Shown here: positions 27,120-37,295 of the stretch, in pieces
How the letters are laid out: the number at the start of each line of letters is the position of its first letter
Numbering within the stretch: the first letter of the stretch is position 1
Assembly: GCA_903861205.1 (NCBI GenBank)
Contig: CAIOTC010000016.1
Coordinates: 10,243-74,242, forward strand
Direction: 5' to 3'
Length of the DNA stretch: 64,000 nt
Source: an uncultured bacterium
GTDB lineage: Bacteria; Patescibacteriota; Minisyncoccia; Phycocordibacterales; DATDWN01
Made by a program: the position numbers and the translations under genes
Notes under the pieces: model-generated
Told to the model about the DNA's origin: nothing
The model's database searches: none
Seen by the model: the letters and a program-made list of their open reading frames with translations, nothing else

Positions 27120-27578
27120 ATGCCACAGGAAATCGCCATCAAAAACTTAATATTCGTGGATTGCGAGGGACACGGACCGGCACCGACATTGAATGATCCG
27201 GTGGGTTTTGAATTTGGCGCGGTCGCGTATCCCTCAAAGCAAACATTTCATGGAACTGGGGCGACAAAAGAAACGTTTGAGGATTTCGACAAATGGATTT
27301 CGTCCGTGGTAGAGAAAGGTTTCAGGCCTCTATTTGTCAGTGATAATCCGGCATACGACTGGCAGTTCATAAACTATTACTTCCACTTGCATCTCGGCAA
27401 AAACCCGTTCGGCCACTCGGCACGAAGGATCGGTGATTTTTATGCCGGACTTGTCGGTGACTTTACCAATGCGAGCTCATGGAAAAAGCTACGGGTTACG
27501 GCGCATGATCACAATCCGGTAAACGATGCTATGGGTAATCTCGAGGCATTCGAGAGGATACTAAGCGGAGAAAGATAA
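27120..27578 (+). CDS. DEDDh 3'-5' exonuclease domain protein (DnaQ-like)
   Basis: FVDCEGHG (Exo I), VSDNPAYDWQFI (Exo II), HDHNPVNDA (Exo III, H-x4-D). Starts TAAatttATG directly after the ATPase stop. Confidence 0.6.
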   Translation: MPQEIAIKNLIFVDCEGHGPAPTLNDPVGFEFGAVAYPSKQTFHGTGATKETFEDFDKWISSVVEKGFRPLFVSDNPAYDWQFINYYFHLHLGKNPFGHSARRIGDFYAGLVGDFTNASSWKKLRVTAHDHNPVNDAMGNLEAFERILSGER

Positions 27579-27583
27579 AATAT

Positions 27584-27775
27584 ATGCCAAAGGAAATCGC
27601 CAACAAAATCAAAGGAGAGACTTACTACAAATGCGCTCATTGCGGAGATGAGATTTTTTGGAACACCCATAAAAAATTTACTTACTGCAAGTGCAAGAAA
27701 ATCTGGGTTGATGGTTGCGAGGATTATGTCCGGGTTGGTGGCAACGAGGAAGACCGTAAGGTGATCAAAAAATAA
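27584..27775 (+). CDS. Small zinc-ribbon protein (CxxC...CxC)
   Basis: YYKCAHCGDEIFWNTHKKFTYCKCKK. It shares its first about 27 nt with the flanking genes. Confidence 0.5.
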   Translation: MPKEIANKIKGETYYKCAHCGDEIFWNTHKKFTYCKCKKIWVDGCEDYVRVGGNEEDRKVIKK

Positions 27776-27779
27776 ATTT

Positions 27780-30101
27780 ATGCCCAAAGAAGCCGCCAAC
27801 AATCAAAATCAGACATTCACCGAGCAGGACGCTCGTATTGTTATTAATCGTAAACTTCAGGATGCTGGATGGATTTTGGAGGGACCGGACAAAAATGTTC
27901 TGACTGAACAACACTCCGAAGCTGGTTTTATGGACTATCTCTTACTGGACCGGAATGGTCGTAATCTTGCGCTAGTAGAAGCAAAGAAAGATACGATTGA
28001 TCCATACACGGCAAAGAATCAGGCACGCGGTTATGCGGATGCAAACAAATGCAGGTATGTATTTCTCGCTAATTCCGAACAGCTGTATTTTTGGGACATT
28101 GAGGATGGTGATGCAAATCCGATTGAACGCTTTATTTCTCCTCAAGATTTGCAACGTCGGCACGACCTCAAGCTATCTCGCAAACCCATCTCATCAGTGC
28201 CACATGATACCAAGATTTCTGATCGGCCGTATCAAGTCGAAGCTTCAAATATCATTGCCAAAGAATACGACGAGGGCAAACGTTCGTTTCTTTTGGAAAT
28301 GGCAACGGGGACCGGTAAGACTCGATTAGCCGCGGCTATCATTGACCGTTTTCTTAAAGCTCATCAGGCAGAGCGAATACTTTTTATCGTTGATCGAATA
28401 GAACTTGCTAAACAAACGCTGGATGCTTTTCAAGTTGCCTTCAAAGATGACTACCGCGCTGTTCGTTATAAACCCGGCAAACATGCGGTATTTGGTGGGG
28501 CAAATATTGTTGTCGCTACAATCCAAAGTTTGAATATTCACTTCAAAAAAGATTTTACGCCTGGCTATTTCGATCTGGTTTTTAACGACGAAGCCCATCG
28601 ATCTATTTATGGTGAACTGCCACGTCAGGTGGTGGAATATTTTCAAGCAGTTCGGATAGGCCTTACCGCTACTCCAAACGATTTTCTCAAAAATATCGAT
28701 GTTGAGAAATTGCAGGACAATGATCCACTGAAGCTGGAGTATCGCTACACGCGCGATACTTACAAGCACTTCGGATGCGAAATGAGCACCCCCACGTTCC
28801 GCTATACCATTCAGGATGGTGTTCGCGAGGGGTTCTTGGTTGCTCCCAAAATTGCCCGAATGGTTTCTTTAATTACTAAAGAAGCAGTATCCGAGGAGGG
28901 TTGGAAAATTGAGATAGACGGAGAAGATTACACATATAGAATCTCTCAGCTTGAAAAACAGGTACTCATACCAAAGCGCAATGAGCTTATCTGCCGACAG
29001 TTTTTGGAGAACGCACTAAAAACTCCGGACGGTGCAATTGGTAAATCGATTATTTTTGCGGTCTCACAAAATCATGCTGTTGCTCTTGCTCGAGAACTGA
29101 ATCGTCTAACTCCTGAACATAATGGCAAATTTGCGGAAGTCATCACCTCTCGTGTTAAAGGAGCTTCTGATCTCGCTAAACAATTCCGCAAAGATGAAAA
29201 CTTCTATCCTCGCGTGGCGGTAAGTGTAGACATGCTCACAACTGGCTTTGATTGTCCGGAAGTATTGAATATCGTCCTTGCTCGTCCGATCGCCTCGCCG
29301 ACCTCATACATTCAGATCAAGGGTCGCGGCACTCGCAAATACACCTTTCCGGACGGGACTGAGAAAAAGCAATTTCTAATCCACGACTTTTGTGAAGTAG
29401 TTAAATATTTTGAGGAAGAATATGACTTTGAAGCCCCTCTCCCAACTCCAACCGGCGGTACTGGGACCGGCGGAGGAACGCCGCCCCCACCTCCACCGCC
29501 CGTGGAAGTAAAAACGTATGAAGGTGCAGATGTGCTGGCTTTTACCGAGATGATGGAGATCGGCCCGGAGGGAGAAAAAGTTGATCGTCTAAGCTACATC
29601 ACAAAGTGGGAGAAAACCATCAAACAGGTTATTGCCGAAAACCCCGGCTTTGAAGAAAAAATCAAAGTGGGCGGTGAAGACGAAGAAATAAGCGAGTACT
29701 TGAGAGTAAATGTGTTTGATAAACCCACTGAATTTTTCAATGAACGCAATCTTTCGCGTGCTTATAGAGTATTTGCTGACCTATTGGATTATGTTCGGGC
29801 TGGACTTGGCATTGAAAAGCTACCAACGAGAGAAGAGCAACTCACAGAACTTATTGAGAGCATTAAAGCTGACCATGATCTTGATCTCGAGCAAGCACGG
29901 CTATTAAAAATTCTCGTTCGTCAGCTAAGTCAGAGCCCTCGTCTTATCACGCAGTTTGAGCAGGGCGATTATTCATTCCTTGATCAGCCGCCGTTTACGC
30001 AATTCGGTGGCACGCGTATGTATGTGTCCCGTTTTGATGGCAAGATAAAACCGGTATTTGAAGCCGTGCGAACCAGTCCGGCTTTTACCATAGTCCAATA
30101 A
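27780..30101 (+). CDS. hsdR: Type I restriction enzyme R subunit (HsdR)
   Basis: N-terminal PD-(D/E)xK nuclease MDYLLLDRNGRNLALVEAKK. SF2 helicase motifs EMATGTGKT, FNDEAHR, LTATP. A Pro/Gly linker PTPTGGTGTGGGTPPPPPPP and a C-terminal region follow. Confidence 0.85.
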   Translation: MPKEAANNQNQTFTEQDARIVINRKLQDAGWILEGPDKNVLTEQHSEAGFMDYLLLDRNGRNLALVEAKKDTIDPYTAKNQARGYADANKCRYVFLANSEQLYFWDIEDGDANPIERFISPQDLQRRHDLKLSRKPISSVPHDTKISDRPYQVEASNIIAKEYDEGKRSFLLEMATGTGKTRLAAAIIDRFLKAHQAERILFIVDRIELAKQTLDAFQVAFKDDYRAVRYKPGKHAVFGGANIVVATIQSLNIHFKKDFTPGYFDLVFNDEAHRSIYGELPRQVVEYFQAVRIGLTATPNDFLKNIDVEKLQDNDPLKLEYRYTRDTYKHFGCEMSTPTFRYTIQDGVREGFLVAPKIARMVSLITKEAVSEEGWKIEIDGEDYTYRISQLEKQVLIPKRNELICRQFLENALKTPDGAIGKSIIFAVSQNHAVALARELNRLTPEHNGKFAEVITSRVKGASDLAKQFRKDENFYPRVAVSVDMLTTGFDCPEVLNIVLARPIASPTSYIQIKGRGTRKYTFPDGTEKKQFLIHDFCEVVKYFEEEYDFEAPLPTPTGGTGTGGGTPPPPPPPVEVKTYEGADVLAFTEMMEIGPEGEKVDRLSYITKWEKTIKQVIAENPGFEEKIKVGGEDEEISEYLRVNVFDKPTEFFNERNLSRAYRVFADLLDYVRAGLGIEKLPTREEQLTELIESIKADHDLDLEQARLLKILVRQLSQSPRLITQFEQGDYSFLDQPPFTQFGGTRMYVSRFDGKIKPVFEAVRTSPAFTIVQ

Positions 30102-30105
30102 ATTT

Positions 30106-31584
30106 ATGGCACTTCAATTCACAAATTCAGATATAAAACAAAAAGTAGATCGCATTATGGACGAGCTTTTTGCTGGTGGCGTAAATAACCCCATGACTGC
30201 TATTGAGCAAGTGAGCTATCTGATGTTTTTAAAATCTCTAACTGAACTTGATGAACACCAGCAGAAGATCGCTGAACTATCCGGCAAAAAATACGAGAGT
30301 ATATTTAACGGTAAAATCAGCAAATTCGGCTGGCGTGTTTTGAGCCGATTGTCCGGAGATGAACTGTATAACACGCTCACAGAAGTGTTTGAACATTTAC
30401 ATGAACTGCCAAATCTTACCCAAACTGGCAAGACGCTTTTTCGGCAGGCGCATCTTAAAATCTACAATCGACCAACACTCAAGTCGGTAGTGAGTATTAT
30501 CGACGGAATGGATTTCAACAACACTGAAAAATATGACACCGATGTTAAGGGCGACATGTATGAGTATCTTTTAAATCGTATCGCGGTCTCCGGTACAAAT
30601 GGCCAATTTCGCACACCACGCCATATTATCAAGATGATGATTGAGCTGGTAAAACCAAAACCCTCGGACCTCATTCTCGATCCTGCTTGTGGTACAGCTG
30701 GTTTTCTTATTGAAGCCTACAAATATATTCTCCGTGCCAACACGAGCGAAGAAGAGCTCTCTAGTGGCCATGACACCGGAGACAAGCTCACACAAGCCCA
30801 GCACGAATTTTTACGCACGAAGGCTATCAACGGTTTCGATAACGATGCCGACATGATTAAGGTGGCGATTATGAACCTCTATCTCCATGATCTTTCTCAG
30901 TCCAACGTTCTAAATTTTGATCCCCTTACTCTTCCTGAAGAGAAGAAGCGCAAGTATGACCTCGTGCTCGCTAACCCTCCATTTGCCGGGACTATCAATT
31001 CCGAAGCAATTCAGGAGGATATAAGCCTGACCACCTCAAAAACCGAATTACTCTTTTTGAAATACATGTATGACCATTTGGTGGATGGCGGTCGCTCGGC
31101 GGTAATCGTTCCCGAAGGAGTTTTGTTTGGTTCAACCGGAGCACACAAGAAAATGCGTGAGCTTTTGGTGGATACCTGCAAAATTGATGCCGTTGTCAGC
31201 TTGCCGTCCGGAGTCTTTAAGCCATACGCCGGAGTGAAGACGGCGATTATTTTCTATACCAAAGGCGGTAAAACCGACAAAGCTTGGTTTTACGAAGTTA
31301 TTGGTGACGGATTCACCCTTGATGATAAACGCCAGCCGGACGAGAAAAATAATAATCTCAAGGACTTGCCGACGGCATACGAGAAAAAAGAAGTCAGTCC
31401 TTGCAGTTGGTTTGCCGCGCGCGAGCAGATTATTGCCGAGGATTACAATCTTACCGCTTCACGCTACAAGCCGGTAACAGTTGACCAAACAAGTCATCGC
31501 GATCCGAAAGAGATCATCGCCGAAGTTCAAGAACTTGAAGCTGAGATTGTCGATGGACTTAAAAAGCTTGGCAACAAAATATGA
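30106..31584 (+). CDS. hsdM: Type I restriction-modification methyltransferase subunit (HsdM, N6-adenine)
   Basis: Motif I LDPACGTAGFL, motif IV LANPPFAG. Confidence 0.9.
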   Translation: MALQFTNSDIKQKVDRIMDELFAGGVNNPMTAIEQVSYLMFLKSLTELDEHQQKIAELSGKKYESIFNGKISKFGWRVLSRLSGDELYNTLTEVFEHLHELPNLTQTGKTLFRQAHLKIYNRPTLKSVVSIIDGMDFNNTEKYDTDVKGDMYEYLLNRIAVSGTNGQFRTPRHIIKMMIELVKPKPSDLILDPACGTAGFLIEAYKYILRANTSEEELSSGHDTGDKLTQAQHEFLRTKAINGFDNDADMIKVAIMNLYLHDLSQSNVLNFDPLTLPEEKKRKYDLVLANPPFAGTINSEAIQEDISLTTSKTELLFLKYMYDHLVDGGRSAVIVPEGVLFGSTGAHKKMRELLVDTCKIDAVVSLPSGVFKPYAGVKTAIIFYTKGGKTDKAWFYEVIGDGFTLDDKRQPDEKNNNLKDLPTAYEKKEVSPCSWFAAREQIIAEDYNLTASRYKPVTVDQTSHRDPKEIIAEVQELEAEIVDGLKKLGNKI

Positions 31585-31585
31585 T

Positions 31586-32758
31586 ATGGCAACAAAATGG
31601 AAACAATTCAATCTGTCGGATATCACTACAATCTCTGAGCATAGAGTATCTCATTTCGATGGAGAAAAAGACTATATTGCGACTGGTGATATATATTTGA
31701 ACAAAATTATCGGTAATCAGCGAGTGAGTTACGAGAATCGGCCAAGTCGTGCCGATTTAATCATGAGTGAAAACGATGTGCTGTTTGCCAAAATGAAAGA
31801 TACGGTAAAAGTTTTGGTCGGCTCAAAAGATACCTCGGATAAGATATTTTCGACTGGTTTCTACATCCTAACGCCGCACAAAGATGTTTCGAAAGAATTC
31901 CTATATTTCAATTTTCTGTCTGATGATTTCAATCGCCAAAAGAATTTACTCTGCACCGGGGCAACAATGTCTGGCTTGAATAATGTTGGGTTAAAAAAAA
32001 TAACTCTTCAACTTCCTGTAAAAAGTGACGGAAGTCCTGACATTGATGAGCAGAAACGGATCGTCGCTATGCTTGAAGAAGCGGAAACATTAAAAAAGAA
32101 ACGTGCTGAAGCAGATCAGAAAATGAATGAGTTGGCCCCAGCACTTTTCTCAGAGATGTTTAGTGGAAATAAATTCGATGATCCTAAGCTGGGGACATAT
32201 ATTACGAACTTAACGAGTGGTGCTCGTGGATGGGCAAAGTATTACACTGGCGTGCCTGGCTACAAATATATTCGTATTCAGAATGTAAAAAACGCTAAGT
32301 TACATTTCGATGACGTGCAATATGTTGAGGTGCTGGATTCTGCCGAATCAAAAAGGATAAAAGTACAAGAGGGTGATCTGCTTATCAGTATTACGGCTGA
32401 TCTGGGTCGTACTGCTGTAGTTGATAGAAAAACCGCAAATGAAGGTGCCTATATAAACCAGCACATTGCACTGGTACGGCTTAATAATGAGTACAACCCT
32501 CTGTTTGTAGCTCACTATCTTGAAAATGATGGCAAGGGACAATTTTTGAAATACGGACAAGCCGCCTCAAAAAAGGGCTTAAATTTTGACTCTATAAGAT
32601 CACTCAGGATTCCGAAACCACCTATTGAATTGCAAAACAGTTTTGTAGATAAGGTAAACGAAATTGAGATGCAAAAAGAGAAGCAAAAACAATCCGCCAT
32701 TCAGCTGGAAGTTCTTTTCTCATCGCTATTGTCGAGAACTTATAGTGGTCAATTATAA
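31586..32758 (+). CDS. hsdS: Type I restriction-modification specificity subunit (HsdS, two target-recognition domains)
   Basis: ATG at 31586 overlaps the hsdM TGA (ATGATATGG). Repeated TRD/coiled-coil architecture and the conserved C-terminal SRTYSGQL. Confidence 0.8.
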   Translation: MATKWKQFNLSDITTISEHRVSHFDGEKDYIATGDIYLNKIIGNQRVSYENRPSRADLIMSENDVLFAKMKDTVKVLVGSKDTSDKIFSTGFYILTPHKDVSKEFLYFNFLSDDFNRQKNLLCTGATMSGLNNVGLKKITLQLPVKSDGSPDIDEQKRIVAMLEEAETLKKKRAEADQKMNELAPALFSEMFSGNKFDDPKLGTYITNLTSGARGWAKYYTGVPGYKYIRIQNVKNAKLHFDDVQYVEVLDSAESKRIKVQEGDLLISITADLGRTAVVDRKTANEGAYINQHIALVRLNNEYNPLFVAHYLENDGKGQFLKYGQAASKKGLNFDSIRSLRIPKPPIELQNSFVDKVNEIEMQKEKQKQSAIQLEVLFSSLLSRTYSGQL

Positions 32759-32760
32759 TT

Positions 32761-33657
32761 ATGTCGACTATATCTGCAACAAGAAGAGGATTTTTATATC
32801 AAGATCGTTTTGCAACCGCGACCTATCTTGAGCAGTGGCAAAGTAAGAATATCAAGCAGTTTTTCATTGATTATCCATTACCAAATCAAAAATCAATTGA
32901 TGTCCGGCATATTGATGTTTTGGATCAAGAAAATGTATATGAGGTAAAATCTGGCGAAGAATTCAAAAAAGATAAGCGCAAAAAAGAGTCATCAGGGATA
33001 AGAGATGCACTAATAAACTTAAAAGAATATTTTGATTCAAGAAATTCATGTTTACTAAATTTAGTGATTCGAAAGGGTTTTAGAGGCAACATAACCACTT
33101 ATTGGGATCATATAACACAAGTTCAGACGCATTCTTTTTCACTACCGCAAACAAAAACTCAAGTTACGTGGTTGTTCAATAAATTACTATTACCTGGAAT
33201 TAATTCCCATAAAGAATTATTTGATTTTTGTAAAATCGTAAAAGTTGCTGACTTTGCTGACGACGAACCGAATAATGGCAATGATCCATTCCCAGATATT
33301 GATGACTTTGTTATGGGGAAAATAACGGATATAACGAAGGAATTTAACGCACAAGTGTCTTGTGTTGAATATCCAGATCAAATTTTGATGAATGACTTAT
33401 ATCACAAATGTAGATTATATGCTGGAACAGGAGAGGATGTGCATGAGATTTTTACTTCTATCATAATTGATTTTATTACACACAGAGTTTTTCTAGATGC
33501 AAACTATACCCCCAATTCAAATAGAGGTAAGAGTAGAGATGACATAAAGAAAGAAATCGATAAAAAAGTCAATCAATATTTGAATGGAAACTTGGCGGCG
33601 AATATGAATAGTACGAACGCAGATCCACGTCTTACAAACGAAGGAAAAACACCATGA
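32761..33657 (+). CDS. Uncharacterised protein with predicted PD-(D/E)xK-like nuclease core
   Basis: N-terminal helix RRGFLYQDRFATATYLEQW, then hydrophobic strand plus D (HIDVLDQ) and E-V-K (NVYEVKSGEE). Start is 3 nt after the hsdS stop; stop overlaps the next start (ATGA). Confidence 0.4.
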   Translation: MSTISATRRGFLYQDRFATATYLEQWQSKNIKQFFIDYPLPNQKSIDVRHIDVLDQENVYEVKSGEEFKKDKRKKESSGIRDALINLKEYFDSRNSCLLNLVIRKGFRGNITTYWDHITQVQTHSFSLPQTKTQVTWLFNKLLLPGINSHKELFDFCKIVKVADFADDEPNNGNDPFPDIDDFVMGKITDITKEFNAQVSCVEYPDQILMNDLYHKCRLYAGTGEDVHEIFTSIIIDFITHRVFLDANYTPNSNRGKSRDDIKKEIDKKVNQYLNGNLAANMNSTNADPRLTNEGKTP

Positions 33658-36600
33658 AAAAAATAACGAGCGGACAAGCTAATATAGCAGGAATAAATGC
33701 ACAAGCATGGGCTTCGATGTCTCTGTTTTTACAGTATTTGCGTGATCCACGATTTTCGCATATTCATCTCGAAGTACCTAACTTTCAAGACTTTAATCTT
33801 GTTTTTAATGATGGTCATAAAATTATTTGCGAATCAAAGGATAGAAAAGTTAATTTTAATTACGGACATTTAAGGCCTATCTTAGAGAATATAAACAGGA
33901 GCAAGGCTATTGGTGATCAAGATGAAATTCTTATCGTGTGTCGTAACGCAAATAAAAGCTTAATCTCTGACGTGGAGCATGTAAAGTATTTTGAAGAACT
34001 AAAAAATAAATTTAAGAAAAAAGGTTATGCCGGGACAGAAATTGCATTGCTTCCGAAGGTAAAATTTTGGGTAGTGCCACCCTCTTTTAATTCAGAGGTA
34101 ATTTATTCTTTATTTTCGGAATTAATAAATTTTTGGCTTCCTCCCGAGGATGTCAAGAGATTTATTGACAGTATTTTGATCCAAAAGATTTACAAAGGCT
34201 CGGCAAGTGGGGCTACTTATAGTCGTTCCGATATTCTTAAAGAAATAGAAGAATTCAAAAAAGAAGTTCAGAAAGGGAGTGATTATTTCAATTTACGAAC
34301 AAAGAAAGATAAGCAATTCAAGGAGCTAGAAAAGATTGTTAAGAGCAATGGAAAAGTCACTCTAGGGAGCCGTTCGCTTTCTGCTTTTTCAACCCGATGG
34401 GATTTAATGTCATTTGCGATGGATAGACTCAAGGCTAGGAGCGATCTTGATTTAAAAAAATGGGGTGATCTATGGCAGTTGAACCGGGTTTATTATTTTA
34501 CCTTCGGTATTTTCCACGTCTTTGAAGCCAACCTACAAACAGACAAAAATCGGAAGTATATTTTGGGCTATATAAAAAAATACACAAAAACAATCCGAGG
34601 TTTTTACCGATCTGATTTTTTTGATGTGGATGTCGTAAAGATTGTCACCAAAATTATAGAGGGGCCTGATGGTGAAAAATACTTCAATGATGCTTTTGCT
34701 ATCATCAAGGATTTAATCACTTTTAACGAAAAGGAGTTTTTCTATCTTAAGGATAGCGGTTATGATCGTGGCGAATGGGAAAAAGGAGAACTTTGTAAGC
34801 TCCTACATAAGATTTACACCCGTGCAGATGCGGTTCTGAAGCAAAAGATTTTCGATCTGCTTGTTTCGGGATTTAATGTCACAGAGGACGACGGAGAATT
34901 CATTCACCATGCACCGACTGATGTGTACGGGATACTTCGTGAATGGCTGGATGACGATTTCAAGGGCAGATTTAAGAAAATAGTGAAACTCGCCAGCGAT
35001 CAATATCAGCGTTACTACAAGAAATTTGGTAGCAAAATTGAGTTTAAGGGCTGGGAACATATGGGTGGAGGCACATCCTTTGGTCCGGGTGGCCACCATG
35101 TTGGGGATCGCCATTTTGTCGGCTTTATCCTTGCACCAGCTATTCGTAAATATTACGACACGGATAAAATTAAGGGGTGGAATTTTATCAAACAGCAGTG
35201 CATTACCACAACAGCAAAGGTCAGCAAAACGAGACCGGATTTTCTTAATCGCTCAGTATACGAAATAGTCTTAAGCCGTTATGCAGATTCCAATAAGAAA
35301 ATATCAAATGAGGCGTTTGGCATCTTGAAAGAGTTTATTCTTTCCAGAAGAGGCATACCCCACAAGACCGACTTAATCTACCAAGCGGTCGTTGGTTCTG
35401 ATATGCCGGATGAAAAAAAATGGAGACTGGTTGAAATTACCACTAAGAAATATGGGATACCGGTCAATCCTTTTGCCGAGCTGATAGTCACTGATCTTGC
35501 AAAGAAGAGTTACGGACCGGCAAAAACCACACTGAAGCAGTGGTTTGCCGATCCAAAGTATTATAAGAACTTCAGATTTGATCTCGACTCAGTTTCGAGT
35601 ATTAAGGCGCTCCTTGATAGCGACCTAACTTTTGCTGTCGAATTATTCAAGGCACTTATCACAAGTGACTATATAAAAAATGGAAAGAGCGACCACTTTG
35701 GTGCTTATACTGTCGCGGCTTTGTTAAACGATATCATCAGGAGAGATTACGCTATGGGATTGTCCATAATTCGCCTACTGGAGAAGGAGGAGAAGTTGAG
35801 CGATGACCAGCAAATTATTTATTCATTCAGCCTGTTCAACCATCACGGAAACGATGATTCAGATGATCAGGAATTGTTATTAAAAACATATGATGAAGTA
35901 GTTGACCCATTCTTAAAAAAATACAGCGATGATATCTCTAAAATCTGCCAAAGATTAACAGATGCCAATTGCAGAGAAGCTTTTGTTCAGTTTGCGGCTA
36001 GACTGGCGGTCAAGAAAAAAATGGCAGATGCATTAAGGATTGTTCGTACTTTCGTAAACGATCCCGATCCATATCTCCCAGGCAAAGACCCCCATGACCT
36101 CGAAGATAAATACAATGAGCATAAGAGCGTGATGGAAGGTAAAGAGCCGAGCTCAATTAGGTCGGTTCGTGGTTGGTGTGGTTGGGTTCTTATGAAATGT
36201 TCCGTTCTTGATGGACGAGATCAGGTTCCAGAAGTTATTGAGCTTACTAAAAAGTTAATCAACGATGAAAATTACTATGTGATTCACATGGCTTGTTTTG
36301 CTCTCGGTCAAATAGCAAGAAATCGCCTTACTGTTTTACCGTCTGATAAAAACACACTCTTTTTTAATGATGATAAAGAAAAAGCTCTCCGCATGGCTAA
36401 AGAAGTTGAGGTCATTGCTTTCGGCCTTTTGGACAGTCTTATTTCGTGGCTACCGTTAGTGCAGAAAGCTATGACCAAGAGTGTTTTGCATGTATTTGAC
36501 CCACTCAGAGCACTCAACGAAAAAGACTCGCTTAGACTTATAACCGCCCTCGCCAAACTTCCAGCTGACGCGACGGAGGAATCTGCCCCATTATTTGTTT

Positions 36601-37295
36601 TTTGTGCTGAATTCAGAAAAAATGCTTATAAGGACTGGCGATTTGGTATGCCTGGGTTATATGACGATCTTGGGCCGGAAAAATATGATGAGAAGAAATT
36701 TAAAGCTATTTTGATGGACACTATCAAAGAGCTACAAAAGAAGGACTCGGACAATTGTTTCCGGTTTGCTTCATCTGTTGAGCATGCAATGAGAGAAGCC
36801 TCACCAGAAAACGGCGAGCTCGAAAAGAATACAGAGATTGCTCTTGAATATCTCGATCTACTTTCAAATGTTTATGCCCATAATGTTTTCAACTTGATCT
36901 ATCAGATTATGGAGACAAAATTCGGTACTCCGGATAAATATGTTGAGAAGTGGTATAGCTTATTGATCAAATGTTTGAGTGTTGAAAAAGGATTCTACGA
37001 AGAGCAGGCTAAAAAAGGCAACATGGCAAATGTCTATTGGTATCCTGCTCTATATCACTCTCGAATAATGGAGTTAGTCCATGAAAAGCTTGGTCAAGAC
37101 AAATTTATGCAAGCGGCCAAGATATTCTTTTCTTTCCCGAAAGAACTCGATCTCCACGAGACAGCTAACTTGGTTTCAATTATCCAAGAGCTAGCGAAAA
37201 CCGATAAAGATGCAAAGGCGATTATAAAAACACTTATCGATAAAAATCCGAGCAAATATTGGTCGTTGAAAGATAAATCTAAAAAATCAAAATGA
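33654..37295 (+). CDS. Large (1213 aa) uncharacterised protein: N-terminal module paralogous to ORF 32761 fused to about 1100 aa of alpha-helical repeat-like sequence
   Basis: The N-terminus SGQANIAGINAQAWASMSLFLQYL...NLVFNDGHKIICESKDRK repeats the helix / D / E-x-K layout of the preceding ORF. The remainder has no recognisable catalytic motif. ATGA overlaps at both ends. Confidence 0.4.
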   Translation: MKKITSGQANIAGINAQAWASMSLFLQYLRDPRFSHIHLEVPNFQDFNLVFNDGHKIICESKDRKVNFNYGHLRPILENINRSKAIGDQDEILIVCRNANKSLISDVEHVKYFEELKNKFKKKGYAGTEIALLPKVKFWVVPPSFNSEVIYSLFSELINFWLPPEDVKRFIDSILIQKIYKGSASGATYSRSDILKEIEEFKKEVQKGSDYFNLRTKKDKQFKELEKIVKSNGKVTLGSRSLSAFSTRWDLMSFAMDRLKARSDLDLKKWGDLWQLNRVYYFTFGIFHVFEANLQTDKNRKYILGYIKKYTKTIRGFYRSDFFDVDVVKIVTKIIEGPDGEKYFNDAFAIIKDLITFNEKEFFYLKDSGYDRGEWEKGELCKLLHKIYTRADAVLKQKIFDLLVSGFNVTEDDGEFIHHAPTDVYGILREWLDDDFKGRFKKIVKLASDQYQRYYKKFGSKIEFKGWEHMGGGTSFGPGGHHVGDRHFVGFILAPAIRKYYDTDKIKGWNFIKQQCITTTAKVSKTRPDFLNRSVYEIVLSRYADSNKKISNEAFGILKEFILSRRGIPHKTDLIYQAVVGSDMPDEKKWRLVEITTKKYGIPVNPFAELIVTDLAKKSYGPAKTTLKQWFADPKYYKNFRFDLDSVSSIKALLDSDLTFAVELFKALITSDYIKNGKSDHFGAYTVAALLNDIIRRDYAMGLSIIRLLEKEEKLSDDQQIIYSFSLFNHHGNDDSDDQELLLKTYDEVVDPFLKKYSDDISKICQRLTDANCREAFVQFAARLAVKKKMADALRIVRTFVNDPDPYLPGKDPHDLEDKYNEHKSVMEGKEPSSIRSVRGWCGWVLMKCSVLDGRDQVPEVIELTKKLINDENYYVIHMACFALGQIARNRLTVLPSDKNTLFFNDDKEKALRMAKEVEVIAFGLLDSLISWLPLVQKAMTKSVLHVFDPLRALNEKDSLRLITALAKLPADATEESAPLFVFCAEFRKNAYKDWRFGMPGLYDDLGPEKYDEKKFKAILMDTIKELQKKDSDNCFRFASSVEHAMREASPENGELEKNTEIALEYLDLLSNVYAHNVFNLIYQIMETKFGTPDKYVEKWYSLLIKCLSVEKGFYEEQAKKGNMANVYWYPALYHSRIMELVHEKLGQDKFMQAAKIFFSFPKELDLHETANLVSIIQELAKTDKDAKAIIKTLIDKNPSKYWSLKDKSKKSK

